DNA of 64,000 bases from Bacteroidales bacterium (GTDB taxonomy: Bacteria > Bacteroidota > Bacteroidia > Bacteroidales > UBA3824). The notes below the pieces were generated by a model. That model was not told the origin of the DNA. It did not search any database and was given only the letters and a program-made list of their open reading frames with translations. This document shows, in pieces, positions 18,113 to 27,369 of the stretch; within the stretch, counting starts at the first letter, position 1, and each line of letters opens with the position of its first letter. The translations under genes were made by a program, and so were the position numbers. The DNA is taken from assembly GCA_017960885.1 (NCBI GenBank), contig JAGCYI010000176.1, positions 27,047 to 91,046 on the forward strand. Direction: 5' to 3'.

Positions 18113-18945
18113 TTGATTTTAATTCTATGCTTACGCTAATGTATATAACCAATTCGCCTTCTGTTGCCGAAATTGCGCAACGATATGGTGTGGATTGGAT
18201 TTTTGTAGACCTTGAGACTCTCGGAAAAGAAGAGCGACAGAGGGATATGAATACTGTAAAGTCGCATCATACGGTCAACGACATTTCTGCCATTAAACCG
18301 ATTTTAACCACCTCAAAATTGCTTGTGAGGGTCAACCCAATTCACGACGGGTCAAGAGCTGAAATCGAAGATGTTATTAGCCGAGGTGCTGATATCATTA
18401 TGCTGCCAATGTGGAAAACCGTGCAGAATGTAGTTGATTTCCTGAGCTTTGTTGGTGGACGATGCAAAACACTTCTGCTGTTGGAAACCAAGGAGGCTTG
18501 CGAGGTGTTAGACGATGTTTTAAAAATTGACGGTATTGACTTTATACATATAGGACTCAACGACTTACATTTGAGTTACAACCTTTCGTTTATGTTTGAG
18601 CCGCTCTCAAACGGTTTGGTTGATGTTCTTTGCAACAAAATTGCACAGAAAGGTATTCCTTACGGTTTTGGTGGTATCGCCCGAATCGGAGAGGGTCTTA
18701 TCCCTGCCGAAATGCTTTTGATCGAACATTGTAGGTTGAATTCTTCAATGGCCATTTTGTCGCGAAGCTTCTGTAACACTTCTATTTACAGCTCCATTAA
18801 CGATATTGAGGATATTTTTGCTAACAATATGAAAAAACTCCGTGATTTTGAGGGGGTGGCAATGTCGCTCTCCGCTCACGACATGGCTTTTAATCATAAT
18901 AGGATTGTTGAATGTGTTAAAAGAGTAATTAGCGAAAAACTATGA
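18109..18945 (+). CDS. HpcH/HpaI aldolase / citrate-lyase-beta family protein
   Basis: Motifs GVDWIFVDLE, LVRVN, MLPMW, LLLLETKEA and IHIGLNDL fit the HpcH/HpaI TIM-barrel pattern. The start is either TTG 18109 (overlapping the yraN stop) or ATG 18127. Confidence 0.6.
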   Translation: MIDFNSMLTLMYITNSPSVAEIAQRYGVDWIFVDLETLGKEERQRDMNTVKSHHTVNDISAIKPILTTSKLLVRVNPIHDGSRAEIEDVISRGADIIMLPMWKTVQNVVDFLSFVGGRCKTLLLLETKEACEVLDDVLKIDGIDFIHIGLNDLHLSYNLSFMFEPLSNGLVDVLCNKIAQKGIPYGFGGIARIGEGLIPAEMLLIEHCRLNSSMAILSRSFCNTSIYSSINDIEDIFANNMKKLRDFEGVAMSLSAHDMAFNHNRIVECVKRVISEKL

Positions 18946-20147
18946 ACCAAAGTCAGTTGTCAGTTTTATCCGCTAAATATGGGTCGGCATTTTACTTGCT
19001 TGATACCCAGCAGTTTAAAAAAAATTTTATTGAACTGAAAAGCGCTTTTGCCACTATTTATCCAAATACCAATATAGCATATTCATACAAAACCAACTAT
19101 ATACCAGCACTTTGCAGGATTGTTGATGAGTTGGGAGGATTGGCTGAGGTGGTTTCTGATATGGAACTCAACATAGCTCGCAAAGTAGGAGTGAAGCCCT
19201 ATAATATTATTTGGAACGGTCCGTACAAGAATCCTCAAGAATTTGAAAACCTTCTCTTAGAGGGCGGACAAGTAAATTTGGATTCGTTTTATGAGACTGA
19301 ACTGTTAAAAACTATCGCTAAAAATCATCCCGAAAAGATTCTGAACGTTGGCGTAAGAGTAAACTTCGCTATCAACGACAATACAGTTTCGCGATTTGGG
19401 TTTGATGTGGAATCAAAAGAGTTTTTTGATACATTAAGCGCTATCAATCAATTAGATAATGTAAAACTTTTGGGCATTCAGTGTCATTATGCCACTCGAC
19501 GTCTTGAAACATGGCGTCCACGTGCCGAAAAAATGCTCGAACTTTTAGACAGAATCGGTATCGTTCCTCCTCGTATTGATTTGGGTGGAGGTCTCTACGG
19601 TAAGATTCACGAGAGTTTGAAAAAACAGTTCGACGCTTATATTCCTACATATCAAGAATATGCCGAATCTGTGGCTCCCCTTTTTGCCGAAAAGTTCGGT
19701 TCTATGCCAAATCCGCCTTTGTTGCTTATCGAACCTGGTAGCGCCTTGGTGGGCGATTGTATGAGTTTTGTAGCCAAGGTGGTGTCTATTAAGAATATAC
19801 GGGGACAATATTTTGCAACACTCCTCGGAAGTTCGCATAATATTAATATTTCGGGCAAGAATCCGCCGCTTACTGTGTATCCGCTTGCAAATGAGCGTTT
19901 TGAATATGATAATCTCAATTTCGTAGGCTACACTTGTATCGAAAGCGACGTGCTCTACCGTGGTTTCAACGGACTTTTGGGCGTGGGCGACTTTGTTGAG
20001 TTTGCCAACGCTGGTTCGTATTCGGTGGTTTTAAAACCGCCGTTTATCCTTCCTAACTTCCCTGTTTTGGACATCAGCGGCGACAATCCGGCTTTGATTA
20101 AACGTCAGGAGTGTTTCGACGATATTTTCCGCACATATAGTTTCTAA
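18942..20147 (+). CDS. fold-III PLP-dependent decarboxylase (Orn/DAP/Arg decarboxylase family 2)
   Basis: YAFYLLD..., IAYSYKTNY (PLP-Lys region), DLGGGL, EPGSALV and CIESD fit the DAP/ornithine decarboxylase layout. The start overlaps the upstream stop (ATGA). Confidence 0.75.
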   Translation: MNQSQLSVLSAKYGSAFYLLDTQQFKKNFIELKSAFATIYPNTNIAYSYKTNYIPALCRIVDELGGLAEVVSDMELNIARKVGVKPYNIIWNGPYKNPQEFENLLLEGGQVNLDSFYETELLKTIAKNHPEKILNVGVRVNFAINDNTVSRFGFDVESKEFFDTLSAINQLDNVKLLGIQCHYATRRLETWRPRAEKMLELLDRIGIVPPRIDLGGGLYGKIHESLKKQFDAYIPTYQEYAESVAPLFAEKFGSMPNPPLLLIEPGSALVGDCMSFVAKVVSIKNIRGQYFATLLGSSHNINISGKNPPLTVYPLANERFEYDNLNFVGYTCIESDVLYRGFNGLLGVGDFVEFANAGSYSVVLKPPFILPNFPVLDISGDNPALIKRQECFDDIFRTYSF

Positions 20148-20152
20148 GGCTG

Positions 20153-20830
20153 ATGTTCAGCAATTTCCTCAAACGTTTTTTTGACATTGTATCCTGTTCG
20201 GTGGCAACGGTTTTGTTGTTGCCGGTGTGGATTTTTGTCGCTATTGCAATTAAAATAGACTCTAAGGGTCCTATTTTGTTTGCGCAAGGTCGCCGTACCA
20301 AGGGTGGAAAGGTGTTTAAAATGCTAAAATTTCGCTCTATGGTGGTTAATGCCGAAAATATTGGCACGGGTCTTTTCTCTTACGACAACGACCCACGTGT
20401 TACTCGTGTGGGTAAGTTCCTTAGAAAGACAAGTATCGACGAACTCCCTCAACTACTGAACGTTATCAAAGGCGACATCTCTATTGTGGGTCCCCGTCCG
20501 TGCGTAACATACGAACTCGGCGATTTTGACACCCTCAACAAAAAATACAAAAAGCGTTTTGAAGTGAAGGGTGGCATCACTGGTCTTGCCCAAGTTAAGG
20601 GTCGCAACGAAAACTCTTGGGATGAGAAAGTTACGCTCGACAACCAATATGTTGACCGTTATAAATCCGAAGGTTTTTGGCTCGATATAAAAATAATGTG
20701 GTGGACTCTTTTTAAGGTTTTTACTAAGAAAAATATCAATGAGTCAAAGATTTCCGAAGATATGTCCGACATTGAATCGGCTGAACTTTCCGACGAAGAG
20801 GTAAAAAGAATTGCACATTTCCCCGATTAA
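20153..20830 (+). CDS. second small phosphoglycosyl transferase (bacterial sugar transferase family)
   Basis: Motifs KRFFDIVSCS, FKMLKFRSM, IDELPQLLNVIKGDISIVGPRP and GITGLAQ. It has an acidic C-terminal tail. Confidence 0.85.
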   Translation: MFSNFLKRFFDIVSCSVATVLLLPVWIFVAIAIKIDSKGPILFAQGRRTKGGKVFKMLKFRSMVVNAENIGTGLFSYDNDPRVTRVGKFLRKTSIDELPQLLNVIKGDISIVGPRPCVTYELGDFDTLNKKYKKRFEVKGGITGLAQVKGRNENSWDEKVTLDNQYVDRYKSEGFWLDIKIMWWTLFKVFTKKNINESKISEDMSDIESAELSDEEVKRIAHFPD

Positions 20831-20845
20831 TTCTATTTTTGCGGT

Positions 20846-21772
20846 ATGGAAAACAAAGAATCTAACCGCCTAATATGGCTTAATGGAGACATTATCAATG
20901 TCAACGACGCAAAAATCAATGTTTTGTCGCCGTCGGCTCAGTTTGGACTTAATGTTTTTGAAGGTATACGCTGCTATTGGAGTCAGGAACAAAACCAACT
21001 CTATGCGTTTAGACTTAAAGAACATTACCACAGACTTTTACAGTCGGTGCACCTTTTGCAAATAGAAGAAAAATATACCCTTGATGATTTGCAAGCGGCT
21101 TTTATTCAGGTAATTAAGGCCAACAACTATCGTGAGGATATAGCAGTTCGTCAAACCATTTTTGTTGACGGTTTCGGCACTTGGCATTCGAGCGAGAGAG
21201 CAGGTATGTTTGTATCTCCAATTGCAAAGGCAAAAACCAATCCCGAATACAACAAAAAGGGCTTAAACTGTTGCGTAAGTTCTTGGCGCAGAATAAGCGA
21301 CAATGTGCTTTCGCCACGTATCAAGTGCGGCGCCAACTATATCAACAGCCGTATGGCTCAACGTGAGGCACTTCGCAATGGCTACGACACTACCATTTTT
21401 CTCAACGAATTTGGCAAGGTGTCCGAAGGTCCCGGTTCGTGCTTGTTTATAGTTAAAAACGGACGCCTTATCACTCCGATGTTTACCGACAGCGTATTGG
21501 AGAGCATCACCCGCGATACAATTCTCATTCTTGCCCGCGAAAACGGCATTGAAACTGTTGAGCGCACTATCGACCGTACCGAACTCTACACTGCCGACGA
21601 GGCGTTTCTCTGCGGTTCGGCTATGGAGATAACTCCGGTGGTTTCGGTTGATAAGTATTTGATTAACAATGGCATGGAGGGCGAAATGACCCACAGTCTG
21701 CATTTGAAATATCTTGAATGTGTTTGTGGTGGAAATCCCTTGCACACCGATTGGCTAACACCTATTTATTAG
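20846..21772 (+). CDS. class IV (branched-chain/D-amino-acid type) aminotransferase
   Basis: LNGDIINVNDAKINVLSPSAQFGLNVFEGIRCYW together with IKCGANYINS (Lys region) and EGPGSCLF fits IlvE-like fold-type IV enzymes. Confidence 0.8.
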   Translation: MENKESNRLIWLNGDIINVNDAKINVLSPSAQFGLNVFEGIRCYWSQEQNQLYAFRLKEHYHRLLQSVHLLQIEEKYTLDDLQAAFIQVIKANNYREDIAVRQTIFVDGFGTWHSSERAGMFVSPIAKAKTNPEYNKKGLNCCVSSWRRISDNVLSPRIKCGANYINSRMAQREALRNGYDTTIFLNEFGKVSEGPGSCLFIVKNGRLITPMFTDSVLESITRDTILILARENGIETVERTIDRTELYTADEAFLCGSAMEITPVVSVDKYLINNGMEGEMTHSLHLKYLECVCGGNPLHTDWLTPIY

Positions 21773-21773
21773 T

Positions 21774-22538
21774 ATGTCTGAGGAGTTCAGCAACAACATG
21801 GTTTCGGTAATCATGCCTGTTTACAATGCGGCTAAATATCTTGAAACTTCGTTGTTGTCGATTGTAAACCAAACATATAAGGATTGGGAACTGGTTTTGG
21901 TAGATGACTGTTCCTCAGATAGTTCGCCAGATATTATAGCAAAATTTAAATCACAGCATCCAAACATTATCTACCATCGTTTGGATCAGAACCAAGGCGC
22001 AGCCGTTGCAAGAAATACCGCTCTCAATATAGCCAAGGGCAGGTTTGTGGCTTTTTTGGATAGCGACGATATTTGGGAATCGCAAAAACTCGAATGTCAG
22101 ATGGCGTTCATGCTTGAAAACAATGCTTTTGCCTCCTGCACCGCTTCCGACACTATCGACGACGATGGTAATTCTCTTGGCAAGGTTCGTAATGTGATTG
22201 ATGTTATCGACTATAAGTTCCTGCTGCACAATACTATGGTGTCTACTTCAACGGTAATGGTAGATAGAAACAAGTCAGGCAGATTTCAGATGCCGCTCAT
22301 GCGTTCGGGTCAGGATTACGCCACTTGGCTTATGCTTATGCGCAACGGGAATGTTTTTAGAGGTATCAACCAAGTGCTTACACATTATCGCGTTAGCAAA
22401 AAATCATTGTCGTCAAATAAGTTAGACAGCCTTCGGCAAATATATCAGATTCAAACCCAGTTTGAAAACATTGGCAGAATATCAGCCTTGGTAAATACTG
22501 GTTGTTTTGCTTTTAACGCTCTGAAAAAGAGGATTTAA
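21774..22538 (+). CDS. glycosyltransferase family 2
   Basis: VSVIMPVYNAAKYLETSLLSIVNQTY, VDDCSSD and FLDSDD (DxD). Confidence 0.85.
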   Translation: MSEEFSNNMVSVIMPVYNAAKYLETSLLSIVNQTYKDWELVLVDDCSSDSSPDIIAKFKSQHPNIIYHRLDQNQGAAVARNTALNIAKGRFVAFLDSDDIWESQKLECQMAFMLENNAFASCTASDTIDDDGNSLGKVRNVIDVIDYKFLLHNTMVSTSTVMVDRNKSGRFQMPLMRSGQDYATWLMLMRNGNVFRGINQVLTHYRVSKKSLSSNKLDSLRQIYQIQTQFENIGRISALVNTGCFAFNALKKRI

Positions 22539-22548
22539 CTCCATCTTT

Positions 22549-23700
22549 ATGAAAATTCTTCTCATCCCAATGTCGGCAATTGCCGAAACAGCCGGCCCGG
22601 TGTCGCGGTGCAGAAGAATTACCGAAGCACTTGCAGAGGCGGGCGCTGGGGTTGCCACTTGTATGGCTGAGGATGTCAACTTTAAGGCGGTTAACAGGGT
22701 ACGGAATTATTTTTTGGACATTCCAATGCCGTTTGGACTGCCGGCTTTTATTGCAAAACGCACTTTCCCCATTGCTCAGAAACTCGGTATCACATCTCGC
22801 AAAACTGTTTCAAGTTTCGACGATGTGCTGCGCATTACAGGCAATCTCGATTATAACTATCTGAAAAATAGCGTGCAAAGTATTCGTCACGCTATTCGCG
22901 ATTTTAATCCTGATATTGTTTACTCCGAGTTTAATATTTCGGCTTTTATAGCCGCCATAGTTGAAGATAAAAAGATTTGTGCCACAGTAAGTTATCCTAC
23001 CCAGTACGGATATGCGCACAATTCACGATATGCAACAGGGCTGAACCGCCTGCTCAAGGATTTTGGACTTGACAGTGTGGATTCAGCCCTTCAACTTTTT
23101 GACTGGGCTGATATCAAAATCTGTCCGAGTATCAGAGAGTTGGAACCTATCAATGGCAATGTGATATTCTGCGGCGCATTGAAAAATGTATTGCCGAAGG
23201 AGTGCACCCGCAACAAGATCCTTGTATATATGGGCAACGGAACTGTACCTGCCTCCAAAATGTTGAAGGTGGTTTCCAAGGCTTTTGCCGATAGCGGTTA
23301 CGAGGTTTTTATCGCCTCTAAGTATTTGGACCAAAAGGATATAGATAATATTCACATTGCACCTCGTTGGGATTTTGATTCGCTGCTCAACGAATCGGTC
23401 TGCTTTATCAACCATGGCGGACAGAACAGCATTTGCGACGGTCTGCAACACGGTGTTCCTCAGATAGTTGTGCCGGGAAAGGTGTTTGAGCGCAAGTACA
23501 ATGCCCAATCGCTTGTGGATAACAACGCAGGTGTGTGTCTCAACTATGAGGATTTCAATGCTGATACTCTCCGCAAAACTGCCGAACGGATTATTAACAG
23601 TGCAGAAATGCGTACCAACGCCCTTGCTCTTGGTCAAAAACTGTCCCTCGCCGGCGGTGTAGACCTTGTAGTAAAAACTCTTCTTGATTATACTAACTAA
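22549..23700 (+). CDS. GT1-family (MGT/UDP-glycosyltransferase-like) glycosyltransferase
   Basis: The C-terminal INHGGQNSICDGLQHGVPQIVVPGKVFERKYNAQ matches the GT1 donor-binding motif. Confidence 0.7.
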   Translation: MKILLIPMSAIAETAGPVSRCRRITEALAEAGAGVATCMAEDVNFKAVNRVRNYFLDIPMPFGLPAFIAKRTFPIAQKLGITSRKTVSSFDDVLRITGNLDYNYLKNSVQSIRHAIRDFNPDIVYSEFNISAFIAAIVEDKKICATVSYPTQYGYAHNSRYATGLNRLLKDFGLDSVDSALQLFDWADIKICPSIRELEPINGNVIFCGALKNVLPKECTRNKILVYMGNGTVPASKMLKVVSKAFADSGYEVFIASKYLDQKDIDNIHIAPRWDFDSLLNESVCFINHGGQNSICDGLQHGVPQIVVPGKVFERKYNAQSLVDNNAGVCLNYEDFNADTLRKTAERIINSAEMRTNALALGQKLSLAGGVDLVVKTLLDYTN

Positions 23701-23711
23701 AAATCAATATT

Positions 23712-24482
23712 TTGGTATACGATTTTGTATTTGTAGTATTGGTTTACCGCAACACCAAAGATTTGGAAGATTTTTTCAAGTGTTTGAAAACTCCTAATTC
23801 CAAGGTGTTGGTGGTGAATAGTTTTTATGATGAGGATTCGCGGGCTAAGTTCGAGGCTATTGCGCTTGCCAACCACGCCGATTTTCTCAATGTGGAAAAC
23901 AAGGGCTATGGCTATGGCAACAACCGTGGCTGCGAGTATGCTTTAAATAATTATCAGTTCCGCTATCTGATTATCTCCAATGCCGACATCGAAATTCAAA
24001 ATCTTGATGTCAACCAATTGTCGTCTAAGCATATCACTGCACCGAAGATTTTAACTCTGAAAGGAAAAAACCAGAATCCATATCTGCCATTTTTTTCTAA
24101 ACTATATGAAAAAATAAAATATTTCTTTATCAAACGCCGCAGTCGCTTGATAATATTTTGTTGGATTTTTAGTAGATTGTGTCGTGAGATATTTCTTCTT
24201 TTCCACAAAAAAGGCTATGTATTTGCGGCTCACGGAGCCTTTTTTATTATGCCATTTAACGTTTTAAAAGAGTTGTTTCCTCTCTACAACGAAAAAATGT
24301 TCCTCTTTGTAGAGGAGGCGCATTTGGCAATGCTGGCTCGTGAGAAGGGTATAAAAATTTATTATGATTCGTCGATTGTTATCAATCACAAGGAAGACGG
24401 CAGTGTTTCGTTTTTGAACAACGAAAATGAGATTCAGAACGAATCTTACATTGAGTTTTATAATACGTGGTTTAAAAAATAA
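23712..24482 (+). CDS. glycosyltransferase family 2 (rhamnosyltransferase-like subgroup)
   Basis: FVVLVYRNTKDLEDFF, NKGYGYGNNRG and ISNADIE. It has a TTG start and is the last gene of the operon. Confidence 0.65.
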   Translation: MVYDFVFVVLVYRNTKDLEDFFKCLKTPNSKVLVVNSFYDEDSRAKFEAIALANHADFLNVENKGYGYGNNRGCEYALNNYQFRYLIISNADIEIQNLDVNQLSSKHITAPKILTLKGKNQNPYLPFFSKLYEKIKYFFIKRRSRLIIFCWIFSRLCREIFLLFHKKGYVFAAHGAFFIMPFNVLKELFPLYNEKMFLFVEEAHLAMLAREKGIKIYYDSSIVINHKEDGSVSFLNNENEIQNESYIEFYNTWFKK

Positions 24483-24500
24483 GTTTTGTTTCTTTATAAA

Positions 24501-24537
24501 AAAATCCCCGGGGAGTGTTTCCTCGGGGATTTTTGTT
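24501..24537 (+). terminator. rho-independent terminator closing the capsule operon
   Basis: In aaaatccccg-gggagtgtttcct-cggggatttt, the stem atccccg/cggggat is followed by a T run. Confidence 0.7.
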
Positions 24538-24730
24538 TGTTAATAGTTTTAGTTGTTATTGTACCGTTGTTTCTAAAAAAGCTGATTATAAAAAGACTTC
24601 TAATTTTAAAAAAAGTTTGATTTGGTTGCAATATATGTATAATTTAGGTCGTGTTAATGGTTCTTATTTTTAATTACAATACAAAGATAGGCTTCTTCTG
24701 GGCACGTTGTGATTGTTCATTTTGTTCATT

Positions 24731-26029
24731 TTAATGAACAGGTTCTGCATAAAGGTCAAACTCCTCAGCGTCAATGATTTTTACATCGTAATATTTCCCG
24801 ATTTTTAATTTTGGCGCGGCGGATTGCTTTATGAGCACCTCGTTGTCCACTTCGGGCGAATCCTGCATAGTTCGTCCCACAAAGTATTCGCCTTCGGTGC
24901 GGTCTATTACCATGTTGTATATGCGGCCTATCTTCGCAACGTTCTGTTGCAGAGATATTTTCTGCTGAATTGCCATTATCTTGGCGGCTCTTTCGTCTTT
25001 CTTTTTCTGCGAAATACGGTCGCGGTAGTGTTCTGCGCTGTATGTGCCTTCTTCGGCGGAGTAGGTGAACACGCCGAGACGGTCGAAACGTACTTCTTTC
25101 ACAAATTCCACCAGTTCGTCGAAGGCAAGGTCGGTTTCGCCGGGAAATCCTACCAGGAGACTTGTGCGCAGTGCTATGTCGGGTATCTCTTCGCGGAAAC
25201 GTTTCAATAGGTCCATAGTCTCCTGCTTGGTGTGTCCGCGTTTCATCTTGCTGAGCACACGGTCGTTGATGTGCTGGAGAGGTATGTCGAGATAGTGGCA
25301 GATTTTCTTGCTGCGTTTCATCAGGGCGAGGGTCTCCAAGGGGAAGTTGTTGGGGTAGGTGTAGTGCAGACGTATCCAACGCACTTTGTCGATTTTGTCC
25401 AACTGCTCCACAAGCCGAGGTAGCGCATATTCTCCGTAAAGGTCTTTTCCATAATAACTTAAATCTTGCGCAATTAGGTTGAATTCCGTTGTGCCGCTTT
25501 CTGCCAAAAGAGTTACTTCGTTAACAATATCTTCTATCGGTCGGGAAATGTAACGCCCTCTGATATAGGGTATTGCACAAAATGCACACATGCGGTTGCA
25601 ACCTTCCGACACCTTTATATATGCGTAGTGTTTGGGCGTGGACAGGCTTCGTGCGGTGCCGCCTTCGGTGAAGGTTTTGCAGTCGAGTTTGTTGAGAATA
25701 TCTTGCAGACTGTCCACCCCGAAAAACTCGTCAACTTCGGGAATCTCTTTTTCCAACTCTTTTTTGTAACGTTGCGAAAGACAGCCGAATACAAAAAGGT
25801 GTTCAATTTCGCCTTCTTGCTTCATTCTGGCGTATTGAAGAATGGTGTCGATAGATTCCTGTTTGGCATCGAGAATAAATCCGCAGGTGTTGATTACCAC
25901 AATGTCGGCATTGCCATGTTCGCCGTATACCACGTTGTAGCGGCTGTGCAGACGGGTGGCGAGGTCTTCGCTGTCGACGGTGTTTTTGCTGCACCCGAGC
26001 GTTATGATAGATATGGTTTGTTTGTTCAT
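24731..26029 (-). CDS. rimO: ribosomal protein S12 methylthiotransferase RimO (radical SAM MTTase)
   Basis: The opening ISIITLGCSKNTVDSEDLATRL, the radical-SAM CNRMCAFCAIP motif and a TRAM-like C-terminus, at 432 aa. Confidence 0.85.
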   Translation of the reverse strand: MNKQTISIITLGCSKNTVDSEDLATRLHSRYNVVYGEHGNADIVVINTCGFILDAKQESIDTILQYARMKQEGEIEHLFVFGCLSQRYKKELEKEIPEVDEFFGVDSLQDILNKLDCKTFTEGGTARSLSTPKHYAYIKVSEGCNRMCAFCAIPYIRGRYISRPIEDIVNEVTLLAESGTTEFNLIAQDLSYYGKDLYGEYALPRLVEQLDKIDKVRWIRLHYTYPNNFPLETLALMKRSKKICHYLDIPLQHINDRVLSKMKRGHTKQETMDLLKRFREEIPDIALRTSLLVGFPGETDLAFDELVEFVKEVRFDRLGVFTYSAEEGTYSAEHYRDRISQKKKDERAAKIMAIQQKISLQQNVAKIGRIYNMVIDRTEGEYFVGRTMQDSPEVDNEVLIKQSAAPKLKIGKYYDVKIIDAEEFDLYAEPVH

Positions 26030-26162
26030 ATTTTATAGTGTGGATTTGCTGCAAATTTACACTTTTTTTGCCTCTAAATGATATCTTTTAAAAAATAATG
26101 CGTAGATTTGCATTAGGCAATTGTGCCTGATTTTTAATTGAAACACATAATTATATTTCGAT

Positions 26163-27359
26163 ATGGCATTTACTATCAGCGGAATACAGCAATTAGGCGT
26201 GGGCGTAGAAAACGTCTACAAAGCGTGGGATTGGTACAGAGAGAACTTCGGGTTCGACATCCTGCTCAGCGACGCACCCGGCGAGGCAGCTCTTATGCAG
26301 CCTTACACCGACCATCGTCCTCAGACTCGTCACACAATATTGGCTTACAATATGCAAGGCGGCGGCGGATTAGAGATTTGGCAATACACATCGCGCAAAC
26401 CGCAAAAGGCGCAGTTTAATGTGATGCTTGGCGACCTCGGTACTTTTATCGGAAAAATCAAAAGTAGCACTGTGGCAGCCGCTTACCTCAAATTTAAGAC
26501 TTCGAGCGGTAAACTCCGTTCTAAATTCTCTAAGACCATCGACGGCCGTGACCATTTCTTTGTGGAAGATCCTTATGGTAATCTTTTTGAAGTGGTGCAG
26601 AATGATACCACATTCCAGGCGACCGAAGCCAAAACCGGCGGCATCTACGGCGCTATCGTGGGCGTGTCGGATATGGAAAAATCGATGAAATTTTACGACG
26701 AGATTCTCGGCTACGACACTGTGGTCTACGACGAAACCGGTGTGTTTGAGGATTTTGCACATTTGCCTGGTGGTGAAGAACGTTACCGCCGTGTGCTGCT
26801 GTCTCATTCGCAGGAGCGCAAGGGGCCGTTCTCAAACTTCCTCAACGCTTCGCAGATAGAACTTGTGCAACTTGTTGACAGCGAGCGTAAACCGCGTAAG
26901 ATTTACGACTTCAAGACTCACCTTTGGGGCGACCCTGGTTTTATCCAGATTTGCTTCGATATCAAGAATATGAAAGATCTCAAAGAGTTTTGCGAAAGCA
27001 AGGGCGTGAACTTCCAAACCGACAGCAACCCAGAGGCTTACGAATCTGAGGCAGAAATTTTTGATATGGGCGGTGCTTCGGGACATTTTACATATATCGA
27101 AGACCCCGACGGCAACCTTATAGAGTTTGTGGAGACTTATTACATCCCTGTGCTCCAGAAGTTTAACATTGGTATCAACCTCAAAAAGCGCGACCCCGAA
27201 AAGGCTCTGCCAAACATTGTTATGGGCGGTCTGCGTTTCTTGCGCAAAGGTGCCGACTACACCTCGTCGCGCACTGCCAAGGAGAAATCAAAGATTGCCG
27301 ACGAGTGCGCCGAAAACCTTAAGAACAAACTTGAACAAGAATCTGAAAATCATAAATAA
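26163..27359 (+). CDS. multi-module VOC (glyoxalase/bleomycin-resistance/dioxygenase) family protein
   Basis: VOC-like beta-alpha-beta-beta-beta modules are reiterated (GVGVENVYKAWDWYRENFGF; VGVSDMEKSMKFYDEILGY; DPDGNLIEF), at 398 aa. Confidence 0.6.
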   Translation: MAFTISGIQQLGVGVENVYKAWDWYRENFGFDILLSDAPGEAALMQPYTDHRPQTRHTILAYNMQGGGGLEIWQYTSRKPQKAQFNVMLGDLGTFIGKIKSSTVAAAYLKFKTSSGKLRSKFSKTIDGRDHFFVEDPYGNLFEVVQNDTTFQATEAKTGGIYGAIVGVSDMEKSMKFYDEILGYDTVVYDETGVFEDFAHLPGGEERYRRVLLSHSQERKGPFSNFLNASQIELVQLVDSERKPRKIYDFKTHLWGDPGFIQICFDIKNMKDLKEFCESKGVNFQTDSNPEAYESEAEIFDMGGASGHFTYIEDPDGNLIEFVETYYIPVLQKFNIGINLKKRDPEKALPNIVMGGLRFLRKGADYTSSRTAKEKSKIADECAENLKNKLEQESENHK

Positions 27360-27369
27360 TTAATTGATT

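Noticed and set aside
18109-21772. Interpreting the aldolase/decarboxylase/aminotransferase genes as a 2-aminoethylphosphonate (PEP mutase) pathway
   Set aside because: PEP mutase belongs to the isocitrate-lyase/PEPM family rather than HpcH/HpaI. Phosphonopyruvate decarboxylase is ThDP-dependent, whereas this decarboxylase is a fold-III PLP enzyme. AEP transaminase is fold-type I, not class IV.
24771-25379. 202-aa Arg/Pro-rich minus-strand ORF in an alternative frame of rimO
   Set aside because: It lies on the same strand in a different frame from a gene with clear radical-SAM MTTase motifs, and its composition is typical of an off-frame translation.
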